A stretch of 62,505 bases of DNA from Elusimicrobiota bacterium (lineage in GTDB: Bacteria > Elusimicrobiota > Elusimicrobia > UBA1565 > JACRDR01), in NCBI GenBank assembly GCA_041694815.1, contig JBGFSC010000030.1, forward strand, positions 1 through 62,505. Reading direction: 5' to 3'. The position numbers and the translations under genes were made by a program. Shown here piece by piece: positions 9,186-19,184 of the stretch. The notes beneath the pieces are model-generated. The model had not been told where the DNA came from and did not search any database. It was given only the letters and a program-made list of their open reading frames with translations. Positions within the stretch are counted from its first letter, which is position 1. Each line of letters starts with the position of its first letter.

Positions 9186-11360
9186 ATGCCCATCGAACTA
9201 GATCGCCTCAACGCCGAACAGCGCGCCGCCGTCGAGCATCAGGGAAGCCCGCTGCTCGTCGTCGCCGGCGCGGGCACCGGCAAGACCCGCGTCATCACCC
9301 ACCGGATCGCTCATCTCTTGGCCCAGGGGGTCCCGCCGACGCGCATACTCGCCGTGACCTTCACGAACAAGGCGGCCGAGGAGATGCGTCAGCGCGTCGA
9401 GGCGCTGGCGCCCGGCCAGGCCTCGGGTGTCTGGGTGCACACCTTCCACGCCTTTTGCGCGCGCCTCTTGCGGCAGCACGCCCCGGCCCTCGAGCTCACC
9501 CGGCACTTCACCGTCTACGACGCAGACGACCAGAAGCGCCTGGTGGCCGAGGCCATGACCGAGCTGGGCTTGGGCGAGCAGAAGAACAAGGCCGGGCTTT
9601 ACGTGAGCGTCATCTCGCGGGCCAAGGACGACCTGCTCGACGCCAAGTCCTACGCGATCTACGCCATGGCCGGCGCCGATCCCTTCCGCCAGACGGCGGC
9701 GAGGGTCTACGAACGCTACCAGGCCAAGCTGGATCAGGCCGGAGCCCTCGACTTTGGCGACCTGCTACTCAAATCCGCCGAACTGCTCAAGAGCAACCAG
9801 CAGGTGCGCGAATACTACCAGGAGCTATTCTTGCACCTTTTGGTGGACGAGTATCAGGATACCAACCACGCCCAATACATCTTGACCAAGACCTTGGCGG
9901 CCAAGCACCGCAATGTCTGCTGCGTGGGCGATCCCGACCAGAGCGTCTACTCGTGGCGCGGTGCCAACATCCGCAACATCCTGGAGTTCGAGCGCGATTT
10001 CCAGGACGCCCGGGTCGTCAAGCTCGAGCAGAATTACCGCTCCACCCCCAACATCCTGAGCGCGGCCGGTTGCGTCATCGCCAACAACCGCCAGCGCAAG
10101 CCCAAGGCCTTGTGGACCGAGAAGCCGAGCGGAGATCCCGTGGAGGTCCGCGAAGCGGCCAACGAGAATGAGGAGGCGCGCTGGGTGGTGCGCCGCATCG
10201 TCGAATGCGTGGATCGCGGCGCCTCGCTCGGCGATATCGCGGTGTTTTACCGCACCAACGCGCAGAGCCGGTCCTTCGAGGAGGCCCTGCGCATGGCGCG
10301 CCTGCCCTACCGAGTGGTCGGGGCCATGCGCTTCTACGAGCGCAAGGAGATCAAGGACGCGCTGGCCTACGCCCGCGTGGCGCTCAACGGTGCCGATTCG
10401 GTTAGCCTGGCGCGCGTCGTCAACGTGCCCCCGCGCGGCGTGGGCAAGACGAGCTTGGAGCAGCTGCAGCGCTGCGCGCAGGCCTTCGGGCTGACCTTGC
10501 TGGAAGCGATGGGCCGCGCGGCCACCACGGCGCAGCTGACTCCGGCCTGCCGGAAAGCCTGCCGGGAGCTGACGTTTCTCTCGGCTGAGCTGCGCAAGGA
10601 TTTGGAGTCCCTTCCTCCCGCCGCCGCGATGAGCCGCGTGTTGGAGCGCAGCGGTTATCGCGCCTGGCTGGAGACCGAGTCGGAGAGCGACCCCGAGGCC
10701 GTCGGCCGCCTGGCCAACCTGCAGGAGCTCCTCAACGCGATCAAGGAGTTCGAGGAAAAGAACCCCGAGGCGCGCCTGGAGCATTACCTCGAGGGCGTCG
10801 CCCTGCAAGGAGACGCCGATACCTATGAGTCGAGGCAGTCGGCCGTGACCCTAATGACGGTGCACCTGGCCAAGGGATTGGAATTCCCCGTCGTTTTCCT
10901 GACCGGTTTGGAGGAAGGGCTGTTCCCGATCGGCGCGGGCAACTCCTCTCCGGAGGATTTGGAGGAGGAACGCCGCCTCTGCTACGTGGGAATGACCCGC
11001 GCCCGGGAGCTTTTGATCCTCAGCTACGCGGCCAGCCGCAGGATGTTCGGGCAGCTGTACTCAAACCTGCCCTCCCGATTCATCCTGGAGGCGCGCCTCT
11101 TGGGCCCTACGGAAGGATTCTCGCCCGCGCCGCGCCCTTACCAGGAGCCCGGCGCGTCCCACCCGCCCGAGGGCGTGCCGGCAAGGATGGGCGCCGTCCT
11201 TACCGTGCGCGTCGGCATGAGGGTCTATCATCCCGATTTCGGCGCCGGACGGATCAAGGAGAAGTCCGGGCAGGGAGAGAGCTTGAAGGTGACGGTCGAC
11301 TTCGACAGCGGCAAGACGAAGAAGCTGTTGGTCCGCTACGCCCCGCTGGAACCCGCCTAG
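9186..11360 (+). CDS. pcrA: ATP-dependent DNA helicase PcrA/UvrD
   Basis: AGAGTGKT, TFTNKAA, VDEYQDTN, VGDPDQS, LEQNYRS, TVHLAKGLEF, EEERRLCYVGMTRA, C-terminal Tudor-like V.HP.FG. Confidence 0.95.
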   Translation: MPIELDRLNAEQRAAVEHQGSPLLVVAGAGTGKTRVITHRIAHLLAQGVPPTRILAVTFTNKAAEEMRQRVEALAPGQASGVWVHTFHAFCARLLRQHAPALELTRHFTVYDADDQKRLVAEAMTELGLGEQKNKAGLYVSVISRAKDDLLDAKSYAIYAMAGADPFRQTAARVYERYQAKLDQAGALDFGDLLLKSAELLKSNQQVREYYQELFLHLLVDEYQDTNHAQYILTKTLAAKHRNVCCVGDPDQSVYSWRGANIRNILEFERDFQDARVVKLEQNYRSTPNILSAAGCVIANNRQRKPKALWTEKPSGDPVEVREAANENEEARWVVRRIVECVDRGASLGDIAVFYRTNAQSRSFEEALRMARLPYRVVGAMRFYERKEIKDALAYARVALNGADSVSLARVVNVPPRGVGKTSLEQLQRCAQAFGLTLLEAMGRAATTAQLTPACRKACRELTFLSAELRKDLESLPPAAAMSRVLERSGYRAWLETESESDPEAVGRLANLQELLNAIKEFEEKNPEARLEHYLEGVALQGDADTYESRQSAVTLMTVHLAKGLEFPVVFLTGLEEGLFPIGAGNSSPEDLEEERRLCYVGMTRARELLILSYAASRRMFGQLYSNLPSRFILEARLLGPTEGFSPAPRPYQEPGASHPPEGVPARMGAVLTVRVGMRVYHPDFGAGRIKEKSGQGESLKVTVDFDSGKTKKLLVRYAPLEPA

Positions 11361-11366
11361 AACGCG

Positions 11367-11654
11367 ATGCCGATCGACGAGAAGGCCGTGCGCCACATTG
11401 CCCGTCTCGCCAGGATGGAGCTGCGAGCCGAGGAGCTCGAGGCTTACCGGAATCAGCTCGACAAGATATTGGAATCGATGGAGGAGCTGCGCGCCTTGGA
11501 CACCGACCGCGTGAGCGCCACCTCGCACGTGCTGGGGCTGACCGACGTGCTCCGGCCGGATCAGGCCCGTCTCTTCGAGAACCGGGAGGCCCTGCTCGAA
11601 GGGGCTCCGGAACGCGAAGGTCCATATTATAAGGTGCGCAAGGTCATCGAATGA
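11367..11654 (+). CDS. gatC: Asp/Glu-tRNA amidotransferase subunit C
   Basis: VRHIARLAR, size, position before gatA. Confidence 0.92.
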   Translation: MPIDEKAVRHIARLARMELRAEELEAYRNQLDKILESMEELRALDTDRVSATSHVLGLTDVLRPDQARLFENREALLEGAPEREGPYYKVRKVIE

Positions 11655-13111
11655 AGGACGGCTGGATCGATTGGGCGGCGGGCCGCATCGCGGAGGAGGT
11701 CAACGCGGGGCGGGTCAAGGCCGAGGAGGTCGTCCGGGCCTTCTTGTCCCGCATCCGCGAGGTGGACCCGCGCCTTCGCGCCTTCGTGACCGTGCTCGAG
11801 GCCGAGGCCTTGGAGCAGGCGCGCGCGGTGGATGCGCGCATTTCCGCCGGCAAGCCGGGAGGGCGGCTGGCCGGGGTCCCGGTCGCGATCAAGGACAACA
11901 TGCTGGTGCGGGGCGTGGAGACCACGTGCTCCTCCAAGATCCTGCGCGGGTATAAAGCCCCCTACGACGCGACGGTGGTCACACGCCTACGGCTGGAGGG
12001 AGCGGTGATCATCGGCAAGACCAATCTTGACGAGTTCGCCATGGGCAGCTCGACGGAGAATTCCGCTTTTTTTAAGACCAAGAATCCTTGGGACTTGGAG
12101 CGCGTGCCGGGCGGCTCCAGCGGGGGGTCGGCCGCCGCCGTGGCCGCCCGAATGGCTCCGCTCGCACTGGGATCGGACACCGGCGGCTCGATCCGCCAGC
12201 CCGCGGCATTTTGTGGCGTCGTCGGGGTCAAGCCGACCTACGGTCTGGTTTCCCGCTATGGTCTGGTGGCCTTCGCTTCCTCGCTCGACCAGATCGGGCC
12301 CTTCGCGGCAAACGTAGCCGACGCCGCCCTGGCCCTATCGGTGATCGAAGGGCATGACGCGGCCGATTCCACCTCCGCTCCGGTCGAGGGCCGCCGGTAC
12401 GCGCTCGAAGACTCCCTCGGGCTGGCGGGGCTGCGCATCGGCCTGCCGAAGGAATACTTCACCCAAGGCTTGGAAAGGGAGGTCGAGGCGAGCACTCGGG
12501 CCGCGGTGAAGGTGTTCGAATCCCTCGGGGCCTCGGTGCGCGAGGTCTCGCTGCCGCATACGCGCTACGCCGTCAGCACGTACTATATCCTGGCGCCCTC
12601 GGAGGCATCGGCCAATCTCGCCCGCTTCGACGGGATGCGTTACGGTTACTCCCGGCGCGAGGCGTCCAGCTTGGAGCAGGCGTACGCCTCGAGCCGCGGC
12701 GAGGGCTTCGGGCCCGAGGTCAAGCGCCGGATCATGCTGGGAACATACGCCTTGAGCTCCGGTTATTACGACGCCTACTACGGCAAGGCCCAGAGGGTGA
12801 GGACTTTGATCAAGAGAGACTTCGACGAGGTATTCGAATCGGTCGATCTCCTGCTGACGCCGACGGCGCCGACAACGGCTTTCCGCTTCGGTGAGAAATC
12901 GGCCGATCCGCTGCAGATGTACCTTTCGGACATCTTCACGATCCCCTGTAACATCGCGGGCTGCGCGGGGCTCTCGATGCCTTCGGGGCTCGATTCTCGG
13001 GGCCTTCCCATAGGGATACAACTGCTGGCTCGGCCATTCGAGGAGTCGAGGATGCTGCAGGCGGCGCGGGCCTTTGAGGCGGCCAGGCCCTTCCCGGCGC
13101 TCCCCGCATGA
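11651..13111 (+). CDS. gatA: Asp/Glu-tRNA amidotransferase subunit A
   Basis: Amidase signature GGSSGGSAA, GSDTGGSIRQP; EVKRRIMLGTY. Confidence 0.97.
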   Translation: MKDGWIDWAAGRIAEEVNAGRVKAEEVVRAFLSRIREVDPRLRAFVTVLEAEALEQARAVDARISAGKPGGRLAGVPVAIKDNMLVRGVETTCSSKILRGYKAPYDATVVTRLRLEGAVIIGKTNLDEFAMGSSTENSAFFKTKNPWDLERVPGGSSGGSAAAVAARMAPLALGSDTGGSIRQPAAFCGVVGVKPTYGLVSRYGLVAFASSLDQIGPFAANVADAALALSVIEGHDAADSTSAPVEGRRYALEDSLGLAGLRIGLPKEYFTQGLEREVEASTRAAVKVFESLGASVREVSLPHTRYAVSTYYILAPSEASANLARFDGMRYGYSRREASSLEQAYASSRGEGFGPEVKRRIMLGTYALSSGYYDAYYGKAQRVRTLIKRDFDEVFESVDLLLTPTAPTTAFRFGEKSADPLQMYLSDIFTIPCNIAGCAGLSMPSGLDSRGLPIGIQLLARPFEESRMLQAARAFEAARPFPALPA

Positions 13112-13536
13112 AGCCGAGCGGATTGACGGCGGAGTATTCCGCCGGAGGGGTAGTCACGGACCAGGGACGCCTGTTGACCGTGCAGGTGCGCAACCTCAAG
13201 GGAGAGGCGGTGTGGACCTTCCCCAAGGGGCACCTTGACTCGGGGGAGACGCCGCGGCAGGCGGCGCTGCGGGAGGTGCTAGAGGAGACCGGGTACCGCT
13301 GCGAGGTGCTGCGCCCGCTGACCCTCGTGCGCTACATGTTCCGGCGCGGGTCGCGCCTGGTGCGCAAGAAGGTCCGCTGGTATTGGATGCATCCCGTAGA
13401 AAGGCCCGGGACCCCGGACGCCGAGGAGGTGCTGCAGGTGCGCTGGATGCTGCCGCACGAGGCCGAAAAGAGGCTTAAGTATCCGGGCGACCACCGCCTA
13501 TTGGGGCTGGTGGCGCCACGTTTGAAGAATGACTGA
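13108..13536 (+). CDS. NUDIX hydrolase
   Basis: Nudix box PKGHLDSGETPRQAALREVLEETG; overlaps both neighbours. Confidence 0.9.
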   Translation: MKPSGLTAEYSAGGVVTDQGRLLTVQVRNLKGEAVWTFPKGHLDSGETPRQAALREVLEETGYRCEVLRPLTLVRYMFRRGSRLVRKKVRWYWMHPVERPGTPDAEEVLQVRWMLPHEAEKRLKYPGDHRLLGLVAPRLKND

Positions 13537-15013
13537 GGCCGTTTTGGAGAAGGAGTTCGAGCTGGTGGTGGGGCTGGAGGTGCATTGCCAATTGGCCACC
13601 GCCTCCAAGCTGTTCTGCGCCTGTCCGTCGGGCTCCTTCGGCCTGCCAGCCAACACCCATGTCTGCCCTGTCTGCACCGGGCAGCCGGGGACCCTGCCGG
13701 TGCTCAACGCCGCCGCGGTGGAACTGGGGTTCAAGGCGGCCTTGGGCTTGGGTTGTCGGCTCAACGAAACGTCGATATTCGCCCGGAAGAATTATTTTTA
13801 TCCCGATCTTCCCAAGGGATACCAGATTTCCCAATACGAGCAGCCGTTTTCGGAGCACGGCGCGCTCGAGATTCAGGGGCCGCCTCCCAAGCGCATCGGC
13901 ATCCACCGCATCCACCTGGAGGAGGATGCGGGCAAGCTGCTGCATTCCATCGGCGCCGAGGAATTGGGTTATTCGCTCGTCGATTTCAACCGCGCCGGGG
14001 TGCCTCTCATCGAGATCGTCTCCGCTCCGGACATCCGCAGCCCCGAGGAGGCCGCACAGTACCTCGTCGGGCTCAAGGCGGTGCTGCAATACCTCGGCGT
14101 GTCCAACTGCGACATGGAGAAGGGGGAGATGCGCTGCGACGCCAACGTCTCCGTCCGGCCCAGGGGGCAGGCGGTCTTCGGGACCCGGGCCGAGATCAAG
14201 AACTTGAACTCCTTTCGCGGCGTGCGCGACGCCATCGCCTACGAGTTCGCGCGGCAGTGCGAGCTTGTGCGCGAGGGCGGACGCGTCGCTCAAGAGACTC
14301 GGCTTTGGGACGCCGATTCCGGCCTCACCCGCCCGATGCGCTCCAAAGAGGAGGCGCACGACTACCGCTACTTTCCCGACCCGGATCTGGTGCCGCTCAG
14401 GGCTGAACCGGCGTTGGTCCGGCGGCTCAAGGAGACGCTGCCCGAATTGCCGGCCGAGCGCCGCAAGCGGTTCGTCCAGGAATATCAGCTTTCCGAGTAC
14501 GACGCCGGGGTGCTTACCTCCGACAAGCTGCTGGCCGATTATTTTGTCGGCGTCGTGGCGGCGTCCGGCTCGAACCGTTACGCGAAGGCCTCCGCCAATT
14601 GGATCCAGGGCGAACTGCTGGCGAAGCTTAACGCCACGGGGACCCCGTTCGCCAAGGCCCAGCAATGCATCCCGCCGGCGCATCTGGGCGAAATGGTGCG
14701 CCTTATCGGCGAAGGCACGCTTTCCTCGAAGCTGGCCAAGGATGTCTTCGCCAAGATGTGGGAGACTGGCCAAGCGCCCCAAAAACTGGTCTCTTCCCTG
14801 GGCCTGTCGCAGGTCACCGACGAGGGGCAGATCGCCGCGTGGGTGCTCGAGGCGATGGGGGAAAACCAAAAGGCGGTGGAGGACTTAAGGAACGGTAAGG
14901 AGCGAGCGATCGGCGCGATCGTCGGCTCCGTGATGAAGAAATCGAAGGGGAAGGCCAATCCCGATCTGGTCAACCGGTTGATCAAGGAGAAGCTCAACGA
15001 TGGCAAGCGTTAA
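13529..15013 (+). CDS. gatB: Asp/Glu-tRNA amidotransferase subunit B
   Basis: GLEVHCQL, RKNYFYPDLPKGYQISQ, HLEEDAGK, MRSKEEAHDYRYFPDPDL. Confidence 0.97.
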   Translation: MTEAVLEKEFELVVGLEVHCQLATASKLFCACPSGSFGLPANTHVCPVCTGQPGTLPVLNAAAVELGFKAALGLGCRLNETSIFARKNYFYPDLPKGYQISQYEQPFSEHGALEIQGPPPKRIGIHRIHLEEDAGKLLHSIGAEELGYSLVDFNRAGVPLIEIVSAPDIRSPEEAAQYLVGLKAVLQYLGVSNCDMEKGEMRCDANVSVRPRGQAVFGTRAEIKNLNSFRGVRDAIAYEFARQCELVREGGRVAQETRLWDADSGLTRPMRSKEEAHDYRYFPDPDLVPLRAEPALVRRLKETLPELPAERRKRFVQEYQLSEYDAGVLTSDKLLADYFVGVVAASGSNRYAKASANWIQGELLAKLNATGTPFAKAQQCIPPAHLGEMVRLIGEGTLSSKLAKDVFAKMWETGQAPQKLVSSLGLSQVTDEGQIAAWVLEAMGENQKAVEDLRNGKERAIGAIVGSVMKKSKGKANPDLVNRLIKEKLNDGKR

Positions 15014-18000
15014 TAGGATTTCGATAGGTAACAACGGCGGCTTTTACGCGCCTTGGGCGCGTGACTTCGTCGCGCTTTGCGCGACGAAGTTCGAGGTTTC
15101 TCGCGAGTATTCCGAGCTTGGCGCGCGTAGCGCGCCAAGCCACGCGCTCAAAGCGCGTAAAAACTGCCGTTTAAATCCATTTTTCGCGGCATTGATCGTC
15201 GCGGCATCGGCTGTTCCCGGCGGGGCGTACGACGAAATCCGATTCCTCGACCCGATCAAGATCGAAGTCCCGGGACGCCCCGTGGGCGTGGCCGCCTCCG
15301 TCGAGCGCTTCTTCGTTCTCGACGGCAAGAAAGGGCTGCTTCAGGTCTTGGATGCCGAGGGCCGGCTGCTGCGGCTGAGCAGCGGCCGGGATGAGGAGGC
15401 GCTCAGCGACCCCAAGGACCTGGCTCTGAGCCCCGACGGGCGCGTCTTCGTTGCCGATACGGGAAACTCGCGGATAAAGATATTCGACGCCGACGGCAAG
15501 CCCCTGGGCTTCTTTGGTAGCAAGGGTTCCAGGCCCGGCCAGCTCTCCTACCCCGAATCGGTGGCCGTTGGCGCCGATGGTCGGGTCTACGTGGCCGATA
15601 CCGGCAATCACCGCGTGCAGGTGTTCACACAGGATGGTATCTTCCTCTTCGGATTCGGCCAGAAGGGCAAGGAGCCGGGGGAGATGAAGGACCCGACCCG
15701 CATCGCCGTCGACGCCGGGGACTTCGTCTACGTGCTCGACTCCGGCAACGAGCGCCTGCTCAAGTTTGGCCCGGACACCCGACTGGCCAAGACCTTGCCG
15801 CTTTTGGGGCAGGACTTCGCCGTCGACGAGCACGGGTTCATTTATTCCCTTGATGCCTCCGCCGGCAAGGTGAAGGAGCAGGGCCCCGAGGGCGGCACGC
15901 TCGGCTCGCTGGGCAGCCGCGGGACGGGGAAGGGACAGTTCAAGGCCGCGGCGGCGCTGGCCTTGGCTCCGGACGGCACGATCCTGGTGCTGGACCCGGG
16001 CAACAAGCGCCTGCAGCCCGTGAGCTTGACCAATAAGCTCAAGGTGCGCTCCGTGGAGCCCAACCGGGCCTCCAAGCTGCTCGTTAGCGGCCCCGTCCGC
16101 TCATGGAATTACAAGGCTTCCGTACTTGCCGCCTCGGGCACCGAGTCGCTCTACGGCTGGTTGCCCGAGGAGGGCCAGTTCTTCGCGTTGGACGCCCAAG
16201 GCAAGCAGTGGCTTCGCTTCGGCGCCAAATCCGGCAAGGATCCCTCCTCCACGAAGGAATGCGGGGGCCTAGCCGCCAGCGAGCGGTACGGCCTCTACGT
16301 GGCCGACGCCAAGGGAGACAAGCTCCAGCACTTCTCCTCGTCCGGAACCTTCATCGAGAACGTCGCGGCCTCCACCGGCTTTTTCGACAGCAAGAAAAAG
16401 GAGGGCCGTGTCCGCTCCCCGCACGCCGTCGCCATCAACGAGAAGGGGACGGTATACGTGGCCGATACCGGCAACCGCCGCGTCGACGCCTTCAGCCCGG
16501 ACGGCAGCTTCGTCTTCGCGATCGGCCCGGAGCTAGGCACCTACGAGCTGCAGGAGCCCATCGGCCTCGCTTGGGACGGCGCGGGCTTCATCTATATCCT
16601 CGACCGCAAGCTCAAGAAGGTGTTCAAGTGCGAGCCCTCGGGGGGCTTCGTGACGGCCTGGGGCGAGGAGGGCTTGGGGGCGGGGCAGCTTAAGGACCCC
16701 GTATCGATCGCCTACGACGGTTTCGCCTACGTCTACGTGCTCGACCAGGAAGCTCGCCGCGTGTCGGTGTTCGGCAAGGACGGCGCATGGGTGACGGATT
16801 TCTTCGCCGGCGGCGAGGAGGAACGTAATCTCCAGCGCCCCACGGCCTTAGCGGTGCAGGGGGATAGGCTAATTATTTCCGACCCCGCGAAGGGCAAGGT
16901 GCTCTCCTTCCGCCTGCATCCCCATCTCGCCCCGCCCGTTTCGATCTCGAGCTCCGCCGTGGAGGGAGTCGTCGAGCTGCGCTGGAGGGCTCACGAGGAT
17001 CCTTGGATCGCCCACTACCGAATCAGCCGCGCGAGCGTAGCGTCGGGTCCCTTCGAGCCGGTCGGCGTCGCCGAGGGGAAATCCTTCAAGGATGACGGAG
17101 TGGAGGTCTATAAGACCTATTATTACCGCATCGCGGCGGAGTCGCGCACCAAGGATGTCGGACCGCCGTCGCTTCCCATCGCCGTGCTGGTGCCCGGAGC
17201 GTTCAATAGGGCTCCCGTGGAGATCGCCTCCGTCGAGATCGGCAATATGCTTCCCGCCAACTACAAGTACTACCTGGAGAACGCGGTGGGCAAGGCCATT
17301 ATCGTCAACAACGTGAACGTGCCCTTCCAGAACGTGAAATTGAGTTTCCGGCTCAAGGATTTCATGGATTTCGCCACCGAAACGGTGCTGCCCAAGCTCG
17401 ACGCCCAATCCAAGGCCGAAATCCCGCTGATGGCGACGCTCAATAACCATATCCTCGAGATCACCGAGGAGACCCCGATACAGGCCGAGGTTTCCTTGAC
17501 CTACTATGAGAGCGGGACGCCGCGGACGGTCTCCCTCGCCAAGCCCCTGCGGGTCTACTCGCGCAACGCGATCATTTGGGACAAGCCCGAGCGCATCAAT
17601 GCCTTCGTGACGATGAACGATACGCCGGTGCTTGAGTTCCAGAAAAAGGTGCGCCATGAGGCGGCCGCGCTGCCGGCGGGGGCCGAGGGGCTGGGCGAGC
17701 CGCTTGTAGACGCCTTGCGCATATGGAGCGCGTTGGGCGCCCTGGGGGTCCGCTTCCAGCAGAATCCCAGCAACCCGTTCGAGACGGTCTCGCAGGACCC
17801 GGCCTTTCCGGTGGATTACACGCAGTTCCCGCGGGAGACCCTCAAGCGCAAGGCGGGGCAATGCGATGATCTCGTGACGTTGCTGGCCTCGATGCTCGAG
17901 GGGGCCAATGTGCGCACGGCGGTGCTTGACTATCCCGGGCACATGGCCCTGATGTTCGACACGGGCGAGGCGGAGGCCTCCGCGGCCGGCCTTCCCGAGT

Positions 18001-18674
18001 CGGATATGGTCCAATACGAGGGCACTTGGTGGATCCCGTTGGAGGCCACGCTACTGGGCTCTAGCTTCTCGGACGCCCATCACCAGGCCTTGAGTGCCTA
18101 CCGCGAAATGGCGGCCGGGGGCCGCGCCAAGATCATTGACCTGAGGAAGGCAGCCGCCACCTTCGAGCCCGTTACGATGCCTCCAACCGACTGGAGCGCC
18201 GAGGTCCCTTCCGCGGAGCTCGTCGCCAAGGGGGTCGATCCCGAGGCTCGGCGCTACGCCAAGGAGCGCTATCAATTCATCAAGCGGCATTACGAGCAGC
18301 AGCTGCAGGCCGATTCGAAAAATTTCGAGGCCATGAACCACCTCGGCCTGCTCGAGGTGGAATCGGGCAACGCGAAGGGTGCCGACGCCTGGTTCGTGAA
18401 AGTATTGTCGTCCGATCCCAGCAACGCCGCCGCGTTGAACAATCAAGGCGGACTGGCCTTCCTGCGCGGGGAATGGGCGCAGGCGGAGGCTAAGTTCCAA
18501 AAGGCCGCCGCCGCGGACCCGGCGGACCCGGGCGTTTGGCTCAACCTCGCCAAGGTTGCCGCCAAGAAAGGCGCGCGGGCACAGGTCAAGGAATTCGGCG
18601 AGAAGGCCGTGGGGCTTGCCTCCGAGGCCGAGAAGGCGCGCTATAGGACGGCGGTCAAATCCCTGCTCCAGTGA
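15000..18674 (+). CDS. Exported NHL-repeat / FN3-like / transglutaminase-like / TPR protein
   Basis: Many YVADTGNxR NHL repeats; FN3-like YYYRIAA; GQCDD...PGH...WIPLE Cys-His-acid set; TPR-like C-terminus; AAGGAG before ATG 15000. Confidence 0.8.
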   Translation: MASVNRISIGNNGGFYAPWARDFVALCATKFEVSREYSELGARSAPSHALKARKNCRLNPFFAALIVAASAVPGGAYDEIRFLDPIKIEVPGRPVGVAASVERFFVLDGKKGLLQVLDAEGRLLRLSSGRDEEALSDPKDLALSPDGRVFVADTGNSRIKIFDADGKPLGFFGSKGSRPGQLSYPESVAVGADGRVYVADTGNHRVQVFTQDGIFLFGFGQKGKEPGEMKDPTRIAVDAGDFVYVLDSGNERLLKFGPDTRLAKTLPLLGQDFAVDEHGFIYSLDASAGKVKEQGPEGGTLGSLGSRGTGKGQFKAAAALALAPDGTILVLDPGNKRLQPVSLTNKLKVRSVEPNRASKLLVSGPVRSWNYKASVLAASGTESLYGWLPEEGQFFALDAQGKQWLRFGAKSGKDPSSTKECGGLAASERYGLYVADAKGDKLQHFSSSGTFIENVAASTGFFDSKKKEGRVRSPHAVAINEKGTVYVADTGNRRVDAFSPDGSFVFAIGPELGTYELQEPIGLAWDGAGFIYILDRKLKKVFKCEPSGGFVTAWGEEGLGAGQLKDPVSIAYDGFAYVYVLDQEARRVSVFGKDGAWVTDFFAGGEEERNLQRPTALAVQGDRLIISDPAKGKVLSFRLHPHLAPPVSISSSAVEGVVELRWRAHEDPWIAHYRISRASVASGPFEPVGVAEGKSFKDDGVEVYKTYYYRIAAESRTKDVGPPSLPIAVLVPGAFNRAPVEIASVEIGNMLPANYKYYLENAVGKAIIVNNVNVPFQNVKLSFRLKDFMDFATETVLPKLDAQSKAEIPLMATLNNHILEITEETPIQAEVSLTYYESGTPRTVSLAKPLRVYSRNAIIWDKPERINAFVTMNDTPVLEFQKKVRHEAAALPAGAEGLGEPLVDALRIWSALGALGVRFQQNPSNPFETVSQDPAFPVDYTQFPRETLKRKAGQCDDLVTLLASMLEGANVRTAVLDYPGHMALMFDTGEAEASAAGLPESDMVQYEGTWWIPLEATLLGSSFSDAHHQALSAYREMAAGGRAKIIDLRKAAATFEPVTMPPTDWSAEVPSAELVAKGVDPEARRYAKERYQFIKRHYEQQLQADSKNFEAMNHLGLLEVESGNAKGADAWFVKVLSSDPSNAAALNNQGGLAFLRGEWAQAEAKFQKAAAADPADPGVWLNLAKVAAKKGARAQVKEFGEKAVGLASEAEKARYRTAVKSLLQ
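15033..15171. repeat. Palindromic repeat family A, complete ~139-bp MITE/REPIN-like copy inside a CDS
   Basis: ~31-bp imperfect terminal inverted repeats (aacggcggcttttacgcgccttgggcgcgtg / cacgcgctcaaagcgcgtaaaaactgccgtt) enclosing two hairpins. Confidence 0.88.
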
Positions 18675-18685
18675 CCCAAGTCGCC

Positions 18686-18713
18686 TTGACGGCGCCGTCA
18701 TTTCTGTTAGACT
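18686..18713 (+). promoter_or_regulatory. Promoter with overlapping 14-bp palindrome
   Basis: TTGACG, 16 nt, TGnTAGACT; perfect palindrome TGACGGCGCCGTCA at 18687-18700. Confidence 0.45.
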
Positions 18714-18735
18714 ACTAGGGTTCTCCGGAGGTGCT

Positions 18736-19173
18736 ATGAGCCTGTCTTGGAAGCCGGTTTTGGTACTCTTGATGACCGTGGCCTCGGTTCATGCCGATAG
18801 CGGCGGGATCCGTAAGTGGTTCGAGAACTTTAAGCAGGGCCTCATGGGTTCTGCCGTCGAGTCCCAATATCAACGGCGCCGCGGCGTGGCCGCCGTCGCC
18901 GCCGTGAGGGGCGCGCGGCAGAATGTCGATGACAAGAATAAACCTTATTGGAAAGGCAGTGCCGGCTCCAAGCAGTCGGCGCAGCTCAAAAAAGAGCGCG
19001 CGGAGCTGGCCGCGGCGGTCGACCTGGCCCTGGCCGGCAAGACGGAGGAAGCGATGGCCGCTTTTGACGCTTTCGAGACCGCCCATCCCAAAAGCAGCCT
19101 GCTGCCCGATGTTCGCCAGGCGCGCGAGAAGCTAAAGGCTTTAGAAGAGGACGAGACGGCCAAGGTCGAATAA
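18736..19173 (+). CDS. Hypothetical exported helical protein
   Basis: GGAGG ribosome-binding site before ATG 18736; signal peptide MSLSWKPVLVLLMTVASVHA. Confidence 0.75.
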   Translation: MSLSWKPVLVLLMTVASVHADSGGIRKWFENFKQGLMGSAVESQYQRRRGVAAVAAVRGARQNVDDKNKPYWKGSAGSKQSAQLKKERAELAAAVDLALAGKTEEAMAAFDAFETAHPKSSLLPDVRQAREKLKALEEDETAKVE

Positions 19174-19184
19174 CCCGGAGCGCC

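Noticed and set aside
13475..14869. Long antisense and alternative-frame ORFs (also 9825-10808, 16869-18014, 35067-36194, 51566-52654 and others)
   Set aside because: Shadow ORFs expected from high GC3 opposite well-supported genes
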